A DNA stretch of 64,000 bases, taken from NCBI RefSeq assembly GCF_009914755.1, contig NC_060932.1, one strand, 5' to 3'. Source of the DNA: the human T2T-CHM13v2.0 reference genome, Homo sapiens. The notes under the pieces are model-generated. The model did no database searches, was not told the DNA's origin, and saw only the letters and a list, made by a program, of their open reading frames with translations. The translations under genes were made by a program, and so were the position numbers. This document shows, piece by piece, positions 12,348 through 28,209 of this stretch (the first letter of the stretch is position 1; each line of letters opens with the position of its first letter).

Positions 12348-13383
12348 ACCGAATCCAGCAGCACATCAAAAAGTTTATCCACCACGATCAAGTCAGCTTC
12401 ATCCCTGGGAGGCAAGGCTGGTTCAACATACACAAATCAATAAAAGTAATCCATCACATAAACAGAACCAACGACAAAAACCACATGATTATCTCAATAG
12501 ATGCAGAAAAGGCCTTCAACAAAATTCAACAGTGCTTCATGCTAAAAATTCCCAATAAACTAGGTATTGATGGAATGTATCTCAAAATAATAAGAGCTAT
12601 TTATGACAAACCCACAACCAATATCATACTGAATGGGCAAAAACTGGAAGCATTCCCTTTGAAAACTGGCACAAGACAAGGATGCCCTCTCTCACCACTC
12701 CTATTCAACATAGTGTTGGAAGTTCTGGCCAGGGCAATCAGGCAACAGAAACAAAGAAAGGGTATTCAATTAGGAAATGAAGAAGTCAAATTGTCCCTGT
12801 TTGCAGACAACATGGTTGTATATTTAGAAAACCCCATTGTCTCAGCCCAAAATCTCCTTAAGCTGATAAGTAACTTGAGCAAAGTCTCAGGATACAAAAT
12901 CAATGTGCAAAAATCACAAGCATTCCTATACATCATTAACAGACAAACAGAGAGCCAAATCATGTGTGAACTCCCATTCACAATTGCTACAAAGAGAATA
13001 AAATACCTAGGAATCCAACTTACAAGAGATGAGAAGGACCTCTTCAAGGAGAACTACAAACCACTGCTCAAGGAAATAAAAGAGGATACAAACAAATGGA
13101 AGAATATTCCATGCTCATGGATGGGAAGAATCAGTATCGTGAAAATGGCCATACTGCCCAAAGTAATTTATAGATTCAATGCCATCCCCATCAAGCTACC
13201 AATGACTTTCTTCACAGAATTGGAAAAAACTACTTTAAAGTTCATATGGAATCCAAAAAGAGCCCACGTTGCCAAGACAATCCTAAGCAAAAAGAACAAA
13301 GCTGGAGGCATCACACTACCTGACTTCAAGCTATACTACAAGGCTATGATAATCAAAACAGCATGGTACTGGTACCAAAATAG

Positions 13384-13935
<552 letters not shown>

Positions 13936-16900
13936 TGACTCTCAAAAGAACACACCTATGCAGCCAACAGACACATGAAAAAATGCTCATCATCACTGGT
14001 CATCAGAGAAATGCAAATCAAAACAACAATGAGATACCATCTCACCCCAGTTAGAATGGCAATCATTAAACAGTCAGGAAACAAAAGATGCTGGAGTGGA
14101 TGTGGAGAAATAGGAACGCTTTTACCCTGTTGGTTGGAGTGTAAATTAGTTCAACCATTATGGAAGTCAGTGTGGCGATTCCTCAAGGATCTAGAACTAG
14201 AAATACCATTTGACCCAGCCATCCCATTACTGGGTATATACCCAAAGGATTATAAATCATGCTCCTATAAAGACACATGCACATGTATGCTTATTGCAGC
14301 ACTGTTCACAATAGCAAAGACTTGGAAACAACCCAAATGTCCATCAATGATAGACTGGATTAAGAAAATGTAGCACATATACACCATGGAATACTATGCA
14401 GCCATAAAAAAGGATGAGTTCAGGTCCTTTGCAGGGATATGGATGAAGCTAGAAACCATCATTCTCAGCAAACTATCACAAGGACAGAAAATGAAACACC
14501 GCATGTTCTCACTCATAGGTGGGAATTGAACAATGAGATCACTTGGACGCAGGGCAGGGAACAAACATCACACACAGGGCCCTGTCGGGGGGTTGGGAGG
14601 TTGGGGGAGGGATAGCATTAGGAGAAAAACCTAATGTAAATGATAAGTTGATGGGTGCAGCAAACCAACATGACATGTATACCTATGTAGCAAACCTGCA
14701 CGTTGTGCACATGTACCATAGAACTTAAAGTATAATTTAAAAAACAATTAAAAATAGCTATAATTACTGCAAAAATAATGTGTAACTCACTTTTTGTTTT
14801 CTACATGATTTAACAAACTAAGATACTTCAAGAATTATTAGTCTAAATGCTAGTATTATTGTACCTTTGGTTTATAACCCTGCATTTCATTTTCTAGGTA
14901 ACATAAGAGACTAATATGTTTTTTAAATGAGTTTATGTTTGTAGACACACAATGTATAAAGATGTAATTTTGTGACATCACCAACTGAAAGTAGTAAGGG
15001 TGGGACTGCTAATGGAGCAAAATTTTTGTATGTTCTTGATGTTAAGATGGTTTACATTTAACTTAGACTTAAGACTTTAGAATGTTAAATGCAATCCCCA
15101 AGAAAACTATAAAGAAAATAGCTAAATAATAGGAAATGAGAAAGGAATTTAAAACTTTCACTATAAAAATCAACTGAACATAAAAGAAGAGAGTAATGCA
15201 GGAAATGAGGTGGGAGAGCAGATATTAGGCATGTGGAAAACAAATAGCAAAATGACAGAAGTCACTCCATAACAGTAATACTTTAAATGTGAATGGATTA
15301 AACTGTCCTGCCCCATCAAAAAATAAAGATTGTAAGAATAAATTTTTTAAAATACCCAACTACATAGTGTCTACAAGACACTTACTTTAGATCCAAAGAC
15401 ACAAAAAGGTTAAAAGTGAAAAAATGCAAAAGGATATTTCATGCAAATAGTAACCAAAAGAGTGCAAGGGTAGCTATACTAATAACATACAAAACAGACT
15501 TTAAATAAAAAAAGTTTGCAAGAGACACAGAAAGACATTATATATTTTAAAAAGGTTCAATACAGCAAGAAGGTATAATAATTATAAACATTTACATGCT
15601 TAATAAGACCATCAAAATATATGAAGCAAAAAGTGAACAGTTCTATAATAATATTCAGAGACATCAATACTTCACTCTCAGAAATGGGTGGAACTCAACA
15701 GAAAATAATTAAAGATATAGAGGGCTGGAACAACACAATAAAACAACTAGATCTAACAGCCACAGAATACACATCTTCTGAAGTGCACATGAGAGATTTT
15801 CCAGGATAGACCATATGTTAGGTCACAAATTAGTTCTCAATCAATAAAATAGTAGATATCATGCAATGTGTCTTCTTCACCACAGTGGCATGAAGTTATA
15901 AATCAACAACAGAAGGAAAAATGAAAAATTTACAAATTTGTGAAAATTAAACAACATACCCTTAAACAACCTAGGATAAAAGGAGAAATCACAAGTGAAA
16001 TTAGAAAATACTTAAAGAAATTAAAGTGAAAACACAATATATTAAAACTTATGAGATACAGCAAAAACAGTGCTAATGAAATTATTTATAAATATGAAAG
16101 ATCATATTAAAACACAAGGAAAAATATCAAGTCAATAACCTAACTTTTAACTTAAGTAACTAGAAAAAAAAAAGCTAAACCCAAAACTAGCAGAAGAAAG
16201 TAAATAGTACAGATTAGAGCAAAGATAAATAATTAAATGTAAGAGATATAAATCTAGGAAAACAAAAGTTTGTTCTTTGAAAAGATTAATAAAATGGACA
16301 AACCTTTAGCTAGACTAAGAAAAAACGAGAGAAGACTAAAATTACTAATATCAGAAACTGGAAGCATTACTACTGATTCTACAGAAATAGAATTGTATTC
16401 TTTTTATTTCTGGAATACACTGGAAGCATTAATACTGATTCTACAGAATAAATAAATAAACTGGAAGCATTACTACTGATTCTACAGAAATAAAAAGAGT
16501 ACTATGAACAATTATATGCCAACAGATCGGATAATCTAGATGAAATGAACAAATTCCTAGAAAAACATACCAATACTTAACCATGAAGAAACAGAGAATC
16601 TGAAGAACAGATAACTGATAAGGAGATTGAATCCATATTCAGAAATCTCCTAACAAAGGAAAGCCTTAGACCTGACTCTTTACCAGTGAATTTCAGCAAA
16701 CATTTAAAGAACTAGTAACAATTCATCTAAAACATTTCCAAAAACATTGACGGGAAAGAAACACTCCCTAACTCATTCTATAAGACCAGCATTACCCTGG
16801 TACCAATGACAGATATCCTTTATGAACATTGACATAAAAATTGTCAAAAAAGTACTTGCAAACTAAATTTGAGAGCACATAAAATGATTATACATCTCAT

Positions 16901-17354
16901 GAGCAAGAGATATATTTTTGGAATGTAAGGATGGTTCATGGATTAATATCAAAATTAATCAGTGTTATATACTACATCAATATAATGAAGGGAAAAAACA
17001 CAAACAAGTCATCTCAATTGATGCAGAAAAAGCATTTGACAAATTCAATACTTTTACATAATAAAAGCACTCAACAAACCAGGAAAGTAATAAAAGACAT
17101 ATATGTAAAACTTACAGTAAACACCATACTCCATGGTGAAAGACTTAAAACTTTTCTTCCAAAATCAGGAACAAGGCAAGGGTGCCTGCTTTCACCACTT
17201 CTATTCAACATAAGACTAGAAATCCTAGCCAGAGAAATTAGTCAAGAAAAATAAATAACAGAATTATCTCTTTTCAAAAATAAAATGATGTTATATATAG
17301 AAAACCCTAAAGACAACACACATACACTTACACACACACACACGCACCCCTGCA

Positions 17355-18158
<804 letters not shown>

Positions 18159-18305
18159 TAATAAACAAATTCAGCAAAGTACAATAGCTGAATATAAAGT
18201 CTACACACAAAAATCAGTTGCATTTCTACACACTAACAATGAACCACCCAGAAAGGAAATTGAAAGAAAAATTCAATTTACAATAGCATCACAAAGAACT
18301 AAATG

Positions 18306-18626
18306 CAGTCACGCACCACATAATCTTTTGGTCAGTGACAGACCTCATAAATAATAGTGGTCTCATAAGATTTTAATATCACATTTTACTCTACTTTTTA
18401 CATGTTTCCATATGTTTAGATTCACAAATACTTACCATTGTGGTACAGTTGTCTACAGTATTCAGTACAGTAAAATGTGCTCTACAGATTTGTAGCCTAG
18501 GAGCAATAAGCTATAGTGTAGGTATGTAGTAAGCTATACCATCTTGGTTTTTGTGAGTACACTCTGATGTTCACACAAGAAAATCACCAACAGAACATGT
18601 CCCTGTCATTAAGCAACACATGACTG
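18306..18626. mobile_element. Tigger3a/MER7A-like DNA transposon
   Basis: Terminal inverted repeats cagtcacgc ... acatgactg followed by ta; internal cagtattcagtacagtaa. Confidence 0.82.
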
Positions 18627-19788
18627 TATTTAGGAATAAACTTAACCAAAGAAGTGATTGATTTATACAATGAAAACTGTAAAACATTGATGAATAAATT
18701 AAAGAAGATGTAAATAAATGATAAAACATCCACATTTGGGAATGGGAAGACTTAACACTGTTAAGCTGTAAATTGAAAGCAGTCTACAACTGAATGCCAT
18801 CCTTGTCAAAATCCCAATGTAAAACCTATCCTAAAATTTGTATAAAATCTCAAAAGACCCCACATAACCAAAACAATCCTGAAGAAGAATCAAGTTGGAG
18901 GACTCACACTGCTTCATTTCAAAACTCACTACAAAGCTAAAGTTATCAAAACAATGTACTACTGACATAAAGACTGACATATAGACCAATAAAATAGAAT
19001 AGACAGTCCAGAAATAAACTTTCCCATATATAGTTAAGGATTTCTTCAATATGGCACTAAAGGCGCAGCCAAAGGAAAAAAAAAAGGAAAAAACAGACAA
19101 TTCAGACTTCTTGAAAATTTTAAAAATGTGTGCACCAAAAGACTATCAACAGAGTAAAGGGCAACCCACAGATTAGAGAAAGATAATTGTGAATGATATA
19201 AATGATAAGGGATTAATACCTAGAATACACAGAGAACTCTTAAAACTCAACAACAAAGAAAAACTCATTTCAAATATGGGTAGAGGATCCAAACAGACAT
19301 TTCTCCAAAGAAGATGTACAAATGGCCAGTAAGTACATGAAAAGATGCTCAACTTCACTAATCTTTAGGAAAATGCAAACTCAAATTACAAAGAGGTACC
19401 ATCTCACACCTATTAGGATGGTTACTATAACAAAATATAGAAAATAACAAATATTGGTGAGGCTATGGAGAAATTAGAACCCTTGTACACCAGTGTTGGG
19501 AATGTACAAACAGCTTCTGTAGAAACTAGTATAGTAATTTTCAAAAATAAATTAAAAATAGAACTACCATATAACCCATCAATTTTACTTCTGGCTATAC
19601 ACTCCAGTGAATTGAAATAAGAGTCTCAAAGAGATGATATTTTTATATCCATGTTCATAAGTAGCATTACACACAATTGCTAAAACATGAGAGCAATTCA
19701 AGTATTCATCAAGAGATAAATGAATAAGCAAAATATGATAGATACATACAATGGAATATTATATATCTTTAAAAAGGAAGCAAATTCT

Positions 19789-20036
<248 letters not shown>

Positions 20037-21309
20037 CTACATATGGATGAACCTTGAGGACATTATACTAAATGAAATAAGCCTGTCACTAAAAGACAAA
20101 TACTATGAGATTCCTCTTATATGAGGTAATTGGAGTAGTCAGAATCATAGAGACAGAGCATAGAGTTGTGTTGTGTTGTCAGAGGGTGGAGGCAGGAGTG
20201 AATGGGGATTTATTGTTTAATGGATATGGTGTTTCAGTTTTACATGAGAAAAAGAGTTCTGTAGATGGATAGTGGTGATTGGCTGCTCAACAATATGAAT
20301 GTGCTTAATGCTACTGAGTACTAACTAGTACTGAGTACTAAGTATATGCTACTATGTAATACCACTTAAGAACTACTTAAATACTGTATTCTTAAAAATA
20401 ATGAAGATAGTAAATTTTGTGTTCTGTATATTTTACCACAATAAAAAATTTGGAAAAAGAAAAGGATAACTTAATTACATAAGCAAGTTTCAAAGATTTT
20501 CCTATGGTTGCCCTTTATTATGATTAAAGTTTTTAGAATTACTTCCAGGAAAAGAACCCGACGAAGCAGTTGTGAAGTTACAAAGCCTTAGAACAAAAGT
20601 TGATTGCAATTAAAAGTGATAACTGAGGACAAAAAGGAAAGTCCATAAGTCAGTGGAGGCCTATGCATAGATTTTACCCTCTTACCATGAAGGCAAAGTA
20701 AGAAACAGAGTCCTAAAACTCATTGCAGGACAGGTCGATGAGTCTCTTTTCCATTCCACAAATTAGAAACCTAGATTTTCCACTTAGAAACAAAGATACT
20801 GACACAATACTTCAGCTGCATTATAGGAATCTTTTTGTCATCTGATCTAGGCGCTTTATGACCAGGCATAATGATATTCCTAATGAAAACATCTTATAAG
20901 CATTAAATAATCAATTTATACATTAAATTTCAGAAGATTACATGTCTAACTGGCAGACTATCCTAGGCTGCTTCTCTACGTATAGGTAGCACTCTGAGGA
21001 TATGATATTACTGCCCTGTAATGGGTGGAATGCAATAGAATTAGCTCAAATTACAATGTGTAAGAAATGATCCAGGATAATGGGAATAACAGCTATACTT
21101 CGTTACATTTATAGAAAGATTTTCAATTTATAAAATATGTGTTTTGTGCCTCTGTAAGGCAAGTAGAAGAGGTATTATTAAATTCAATTTTTAATAAAAT
21201 ATTCTGAAGTTTAAGGAAAGGAATGTCCACATTCACAAAGTTAATGAAATCAGGAACTCAAGATATCTGTAGATGGGTTTCTGGTAAATATGATTTTGAT
21301 GTCATAGCA

Positions 21310-24300
21310 CAGATACAATTCGAATCAAAATCCAAGCAAGTTATTTAGTAGAATTTGACAAACTGATTGTAAAGTTTATATGGAGAGGAAAAAGAATCAC
21401 AATGTCTGACTTTAAGACCTAGTATAAAGCTACAATAATCAAGGCAGTGCAGTATTGATGAAAGAAGAGACAAATTTATCAATGGAACAAAATAGCCCAG
21501 ATAGACCCATAAAATTTAGTCAACTGATCTTTGACAAGATCCTCTGACAAAGGAACAAAGTCAATACAATGGGGCAAAGATGGTCTTTTCAACATATGGT
21601 GCTGGAACAACTGGACACCCATCTACAAAAGAAAACCAAATCCAGACACAGATCTTACATCCTTCATAAGAATTAACTCAAAGTGGAACATAGACCTAAA
21701 TGGAAAACACAAGACTATAAAAACTCCTAGAAGATAACATATGAGAAAACCTATACGACCTTGGGTATTGCAATGACTCATTAGATACAATATTAAAGAC
21801 ACATCCATGAAATATATAATTGGTAATCTGAACTTCAAAAAAATTTAAAACTTTTGCTCTGCAAAAGATAATGTTAAGAGACTGAGAAGATAAGCCACAG
21901 GGTGGAAGAAAATATTTGCAAAAGACACATCTGATAGCAGACTATTACTCTCTCTCTCTATCTCTCTCTCTGTCTATATATATATACTTATATATATATG
22001 CACCCTCTATAACTATATATATTTATATATATAGTTTAAACTTAACAACTATATATTTGCTATATTACTACAACAATTACTATACTACACTTACTATAGT
22101 TTAAACTATATATCTATATATAGTTGTTGAGTTTAAACTATAGTAAGCATAGTATAGTAATAGTTGTTTTAGTAATATAGTAAACAAAGAACATGATTTA
22201 AAAATGGGCCATTTTGAGTTGATTTTTGTATAAGGTAAGAAATGAGGATCCAGTTTCATTCTTCTACATGTGGCTTGCCAATTATCCCAGTGACATTTGT
22301 TGAATAGGGTATCCTTTCCCCACTTTATGTTTTTGTATGCTTTGTTGAAGATCAGTTGGCTGTGAGTATTTGGCTTTATTTCTGGGTTCTCTATTCTGTT
22401 CCATTGGTCTATGTGTCCATTGTTATACCAGTACCATGCTGTTTTGGCAACAATAGCCTTGTAAGTATAGTTTGAAGCTGGGTAATGCGATGCCTCCTGA
22501 TTTGTTATTTTTGTTTAGTATTGCTTTGGCTATGTGGGCTCTGTTTTTGGTTCCATATAAATTTTAGGATTGTTTTTTCTAGTTCTGTGAAGAATGTTGA
22601 CAGTATTTTGATGGGAATTGCATTGAATCTGTAGATTGCTTTTGGCAGTATGGTCATTTTCACAATATTGATTCTACCCATCCATGAGCTGAAGATGGAT
22701 CAAAGACTTAAATCCAAGACCTGAAACCACAAAAATTCTGGAAGATAACATCAGAAAAACTCTTCTAGACATTGGTTTGGCAAAGAGTTCATGTCCAGGA
22801 ACCCAAAAGCAAATGAAACACAAACAGCAATAAATAGGACCTAATTAAATTAAAAGCTTCTGCATAGCAAAAGAAATAGCCAGCAGTGTAAACAGACAAC
22901 CTGTAGAGTAGGAGAAAATATTCACAAACTATGCATCCAACAAAGGACTAATATCCAGAATCTACAAGGGACTCAAACAAATCAGCAAGAAAGAACCAAA
23001 TAATCCCATGATAAGGTGGGCAAAGGACATGAATAAACAATTCTCAAAAGAAGATATACAAATAGCCAACAGACATATGAAAAGAATGCTCAAAATCATT
23101 AATTATCAGGGAGATGCAAGTTAAAGCCACAATGAGATACCACCCTACTCCTACAAGAATGACCATAATTTAAAAACAAAACAAAACAAAATGTTGGCAT
23201 GGATGTGGTGAAAAGGGAATATTTCTACACTGCTAGTGGGAATGTAAACTAGTACAACCACTATGGAAAATAGCATGGAGGTTCCTTACAGAATTAAAAG
23301 TAGAACTACCATTCAATCCAGCAATCCCACTACTGGATATCTACACAAAGGAAAATAAGTCATTTTATGAAAAAGACACATGCACACGCATGTTTGTAAC
23401 AGCACAATTCTCAATTGCAAAAATATGGAAGTAACCTTAATGCCTATCAACCAATGAGTGAATAAAGAAAATGATATACATACACCACAGAATACTACTC
23501 ACCTGTAAAACAGAATGAAATAATGGCATTTGCAGCAACTTGGATGGAGTTGGAGACCATTATTCTAAGTGAAGTAACTCTACAATTGAAAACCAAGTAT
23601 CGTACATTCTCACTTTAAATTAGGAGCTAAGCTATGAGGATGAAAAGGCATAAGAATAATACAATGGACTTTGAGGACTTGGGGTAAAGGGTGGGAGGCG
23701 GGTGAAGGATAAAAGACTACATATTGGGTACAGTGTACACTGCTGGGGTGACAAGTGTACCAACATGTCATTTAAAAAACTTATCCATGTAACCAAAACC
23801 ACCTGTTGCCCAAAAACTATTGAAATAAAATAAAAATAAAAATAAATGGGCCAAAGACCTTAATAGATATCACACCAAAGAGGTACGGATGGCAAATACA
23901 CACATAAAAAAAAACCCTACACACCCACTACAATGGCCAAAATCCAAAACAATACCAAATTTGTTGACAATAACAAATTCTGGTGAGGATGTAAAGCAAT
24001 CAGAACTCTCATTCATTGCTGATAGGAATGCAGAATGGTACAGTCTCTTTGGAAGACTCTTTTGTGGTTCCTAACAAAACTCAACACTCTTACCATAAAA
24101 TCTAGCAATTGCACTTCTTAATATTTACCCAAAGGAGTAAAAATCTATGTCCACACAAAAATCTGTACAGGAGTTTTTATAGCAGCTTTATTTATAATTG
24201 TCAAATCTTGGAAGCAACCAAGATATCCTTCAGAGGGTGAATGGATAAATAAACTCTGGCACATTCAAACAATTAAATTTTACTCTGCGCTATAAAGAAA

Positions 24301-24790
24301 TAACCTATCAAGCTATGAAAAGACATGGAATAACTTAAATGCAGGTTACTAAGTGAAAGATGTCAATCAGAAAAGGCTACTTATTGTATGATTCAAACAC
24401 TATGACATTCTGGAAAAAGCAAAACTATGAGAACAGTTTAAAAAATCAGAGTTTGACATGTGTTAGAGGCAGCACAGAGGATTTTAGGGCATTGAAATTA
24501 TTCTGTATAATACTATAATGGTGAATGAACAACATTTTACATTTGTACAAACCCATAGAATGTATAACCCTAAAGTGAACTCTAGTATAAGCTATGAACT
24601 CTGGGTGATAATGATGTATCAATACAGATTTCTCAATTGTGACAAAAATACCACTCTGGTGAAGGACGCTGATAATGAGGGGAGCTATGCATGAGTGGTG
24701 GCAGGTGATATATGGGAAATCTCTATACCTTCTACTCAAATTTGCTGTGAACCTAAATGCTCTAAAAAATAAAATCGTCTATTAAAAAAT
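21310..24790 (+). mobile_element. L1MC1-like 3' portion, split by L1PB1
   Basis: ORF2 relic ([23 protein letters not shown]); 3' end ctgtgaacctaaatgctctaaaaaataaa. Confidence 0.78.
22212..23843 (+). mobile_element. L1PB1-like insertion with inverted 5' segment
   Basis: 22212-~22689 is antisense ORF2 and ~22690-23843 is sense through the A tail; TSD aaatgggcca at 22202-22211 and 23844-23853. Confidence 0.88.
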
Positions 24791-26239
24791 ACACACATAT
24801 TGGAAAAGCAAGTGGAGAGTGGAACAGAGGCAGAAAAAGCAACGAGGGAAGAATTGCTTTGCAAAAGGATTTAAAATTACACTGTAAAAATATGCTGTTG
24901 CCTATCACAATAGACTGAGAAAATGAAAGACTGTAAACATATTAGGAAAAACTGAAACCACAAATACTTGATTATGTCTTTCATTTTGGATTTCTCATTG
25001 GATTAACAGCATTCTCATTAATATTATCAATATGTGATAACAATGCATTGCAGCATGAAATGAAATAAAATTAACTTAGATGAATGTAGTATCTACTCTC
25101 TAGAATCCTCGCATGTAGACAAAATACAGATGGAAGAGCATGCAAACACATGAACATTTTAATTCCAGATCAAATATGTGTTAACAATAAGAAAAACTCA
25201 ACAGGACCTGAGAGTTAAGGCTTTCTTATAATTTACATGGGATTCACATGGAATGTGCAATTGCATAATATGGAAGAATTATTCTCTCCCTTATTTCACT
25301 CATTTGGTTAAAGGACCATACTGGGGTAATTTTTCAATTTTAAATGTCATTTTTGCTGTTCTTTACCATTTTCTGCCTCAATGTTGCTAGCCTCTTAACC
25401 CTCTCACACATACACTTAGTTGTCTAGGCTGTCCTACACCCACTAGTGTTATGGACACAAATAGCCTTAGCTCACAAAGATTTCCAACCAACAAAAAACT
25501 TTCTTTTAAGTTCTTTCCCCTGCTTGTTTTCTGATAAAAAATGAAATACAATGAAATGGAGATTTACTTTGTCAAGATGTGGAAACCTATTCACTCATTC
25601 ACTGAAAGATATGACTTTAAAAACTTGCTCAAGTCAGGGTATAGATTTAGAAAACTGATTTTACAGTGTCGAATCTCAGCAAGACTATCTTGAGCCAATT
25701 TTCACTTTCTTAACATCTAGGGAAAAAATTATATGTTTTTATGTTTATACATACATATGTATATATATGTTTTATGTTTATACATATACATAATTTGAAG
25801 AGTGCTCTTTTGTTTTACATTTAGTGTTCTACCTATATTTTAAAACAAAATAGTTCAATTTTGGAGCTTTTCTAAATCTTTAACAATCATAAGCTGATTC
25901 CTAAATAAATTTTGTTAATGATTATTTTCTGAATACATATTTTTAAATCACACAAGGAGAAAAAAAAAAAAGCCCAAATTTAAACTTCAGCTGTAAGCTA
26001 TTGGTTGGTAATCTAACATCAAGAATGCAAATACATTTACTTTAGTCAGGGACCAATGCTTATTCATACCTGACTCAGAAGCATTTGAATATGGAACACC
26101 AACTCTAGGCAAATTAACAAACTACATAGAGGTAATTTTATAAGTTACCTCTTTGTTTTCTTACATCATATTCTGAACTTACTTTGCCCTTAGTAATGCA
26201 CAACTATTTCTCAGAGTATTAGACAGTCAATTTAAGATA

Positions 26240-26853
<614 letters not shown>

Positions 26854-26948
26854 TATTTTCAACATTTTTTATGTGCCACTTAAAAACAAAACAAAAACAT
26901 CTATTGCCAATTAAACAATGATACTCCGTCAATTGGAAGATGTAGCCT

Positions 26949-27314
26949 TGTATTAGTCTGTTTTCACACTACTATAAAGAACTGCCCAAGACTGGGTAAT
27001 TTATAAAGCAAAGAGGTTTAATTGACTCACCATTCCACATGCCTGGGGAGGCCTCAGGAAATGTACAATCACGGCAGAAGGGGAAGCAAGCACATCTTAG
27101 GTGACGTCAAGTGAGAGAGAGAAGCGCAAGCAGAGGAAATGCCAGACGCTTATAAAACCATCACATCTCACGAGAACTCACTCACTATTATGAGGAAAGC
27201 ATGGGGAAAACCGCCCTCATGATTCAATCACCTCCCACCAGGACTCTCCCTCGACACCTGCGGATTACAATTCAAGATGAGATTTCGGTGGGGATACAAA
27301 GCCTAACTGTATCA
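26949..27314 (-). mobile_element. THE1D/MSTA-like solo LTR
   Basis: tgtattagtctg ... ctgtatca with 5-bp TSD agcct. Confidence 0.87.
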
Positions 27315-27809
27315 AGCCTCATTTCACAGATGTTAAAATGTGGGAAATGATGGATATCTTAGAAAATAAGAAATACTCTATTTGATAAGCCTTTTACTAG
27401 CCCTGAAATAAAGCCACAGCAATAGCAGAATTTCTGGTATTAATTTTTATATTTGTTGTAATGGCTCAGTAGTGATCAAAGTACTTTTGTGCCAGAATTG
27501 CCTATGTTCATGTAAAAATTCCCATATATAATAGGGTTATTTATTTTTATTTGAAGTCTAAGCACCCATTGTAAAGGCTACTACAGATATTGTAGTAAAT
27601 TTGGAAAGTCAATATTGATAAAGCTAAAAAATCCATTTAGGTGAAACTAATAATCTTTGCTAGAGACTTCAAGTTTGCTTTTTGTAGCCAAATTTCCAGT
27701 CAGTTAAGACATGACTTTGTTATTAAGGAGATATTTGCAAGCATACTTTAAAAGTTAATAAAAATTTAATGGAATATATGAAAAATATGTTAGAATTATA
27801 TGAACAATT

Positions 27810-27921
27810 ACGTATACATACACACACATAAACACACAGTATATATAGTATATTGTGTGTATATATATGTGTGTATGAATATATATATATATATACACAC
27901 ACATACACACACACACACACA
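27810..27921. repeat. Compound (TA)n/(CA)n microsatellite
   Basis: Visible directly. Confidence 0.9.
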
Positions 27922-27942
27922 TTCGTGGTTAAAATTTAAATC

Positions 27943-28209
<267 letters not shown>

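Noticed and set aside
16357-16492. CRISPR-like repeat-spacer array
   Set aside because: Only three units, unequal spacers derived from local sequence, inside an L1 in primate DNA.
25730-25786. Short duplication tatatgttttatgtttatacata
   Set aside because: Low-complexity slippage; ordinary.
26128-26152. Hairpin agaggtaa..ttacctct
   Set aside because: An 8-bp core stem is expected by chance at this window size.
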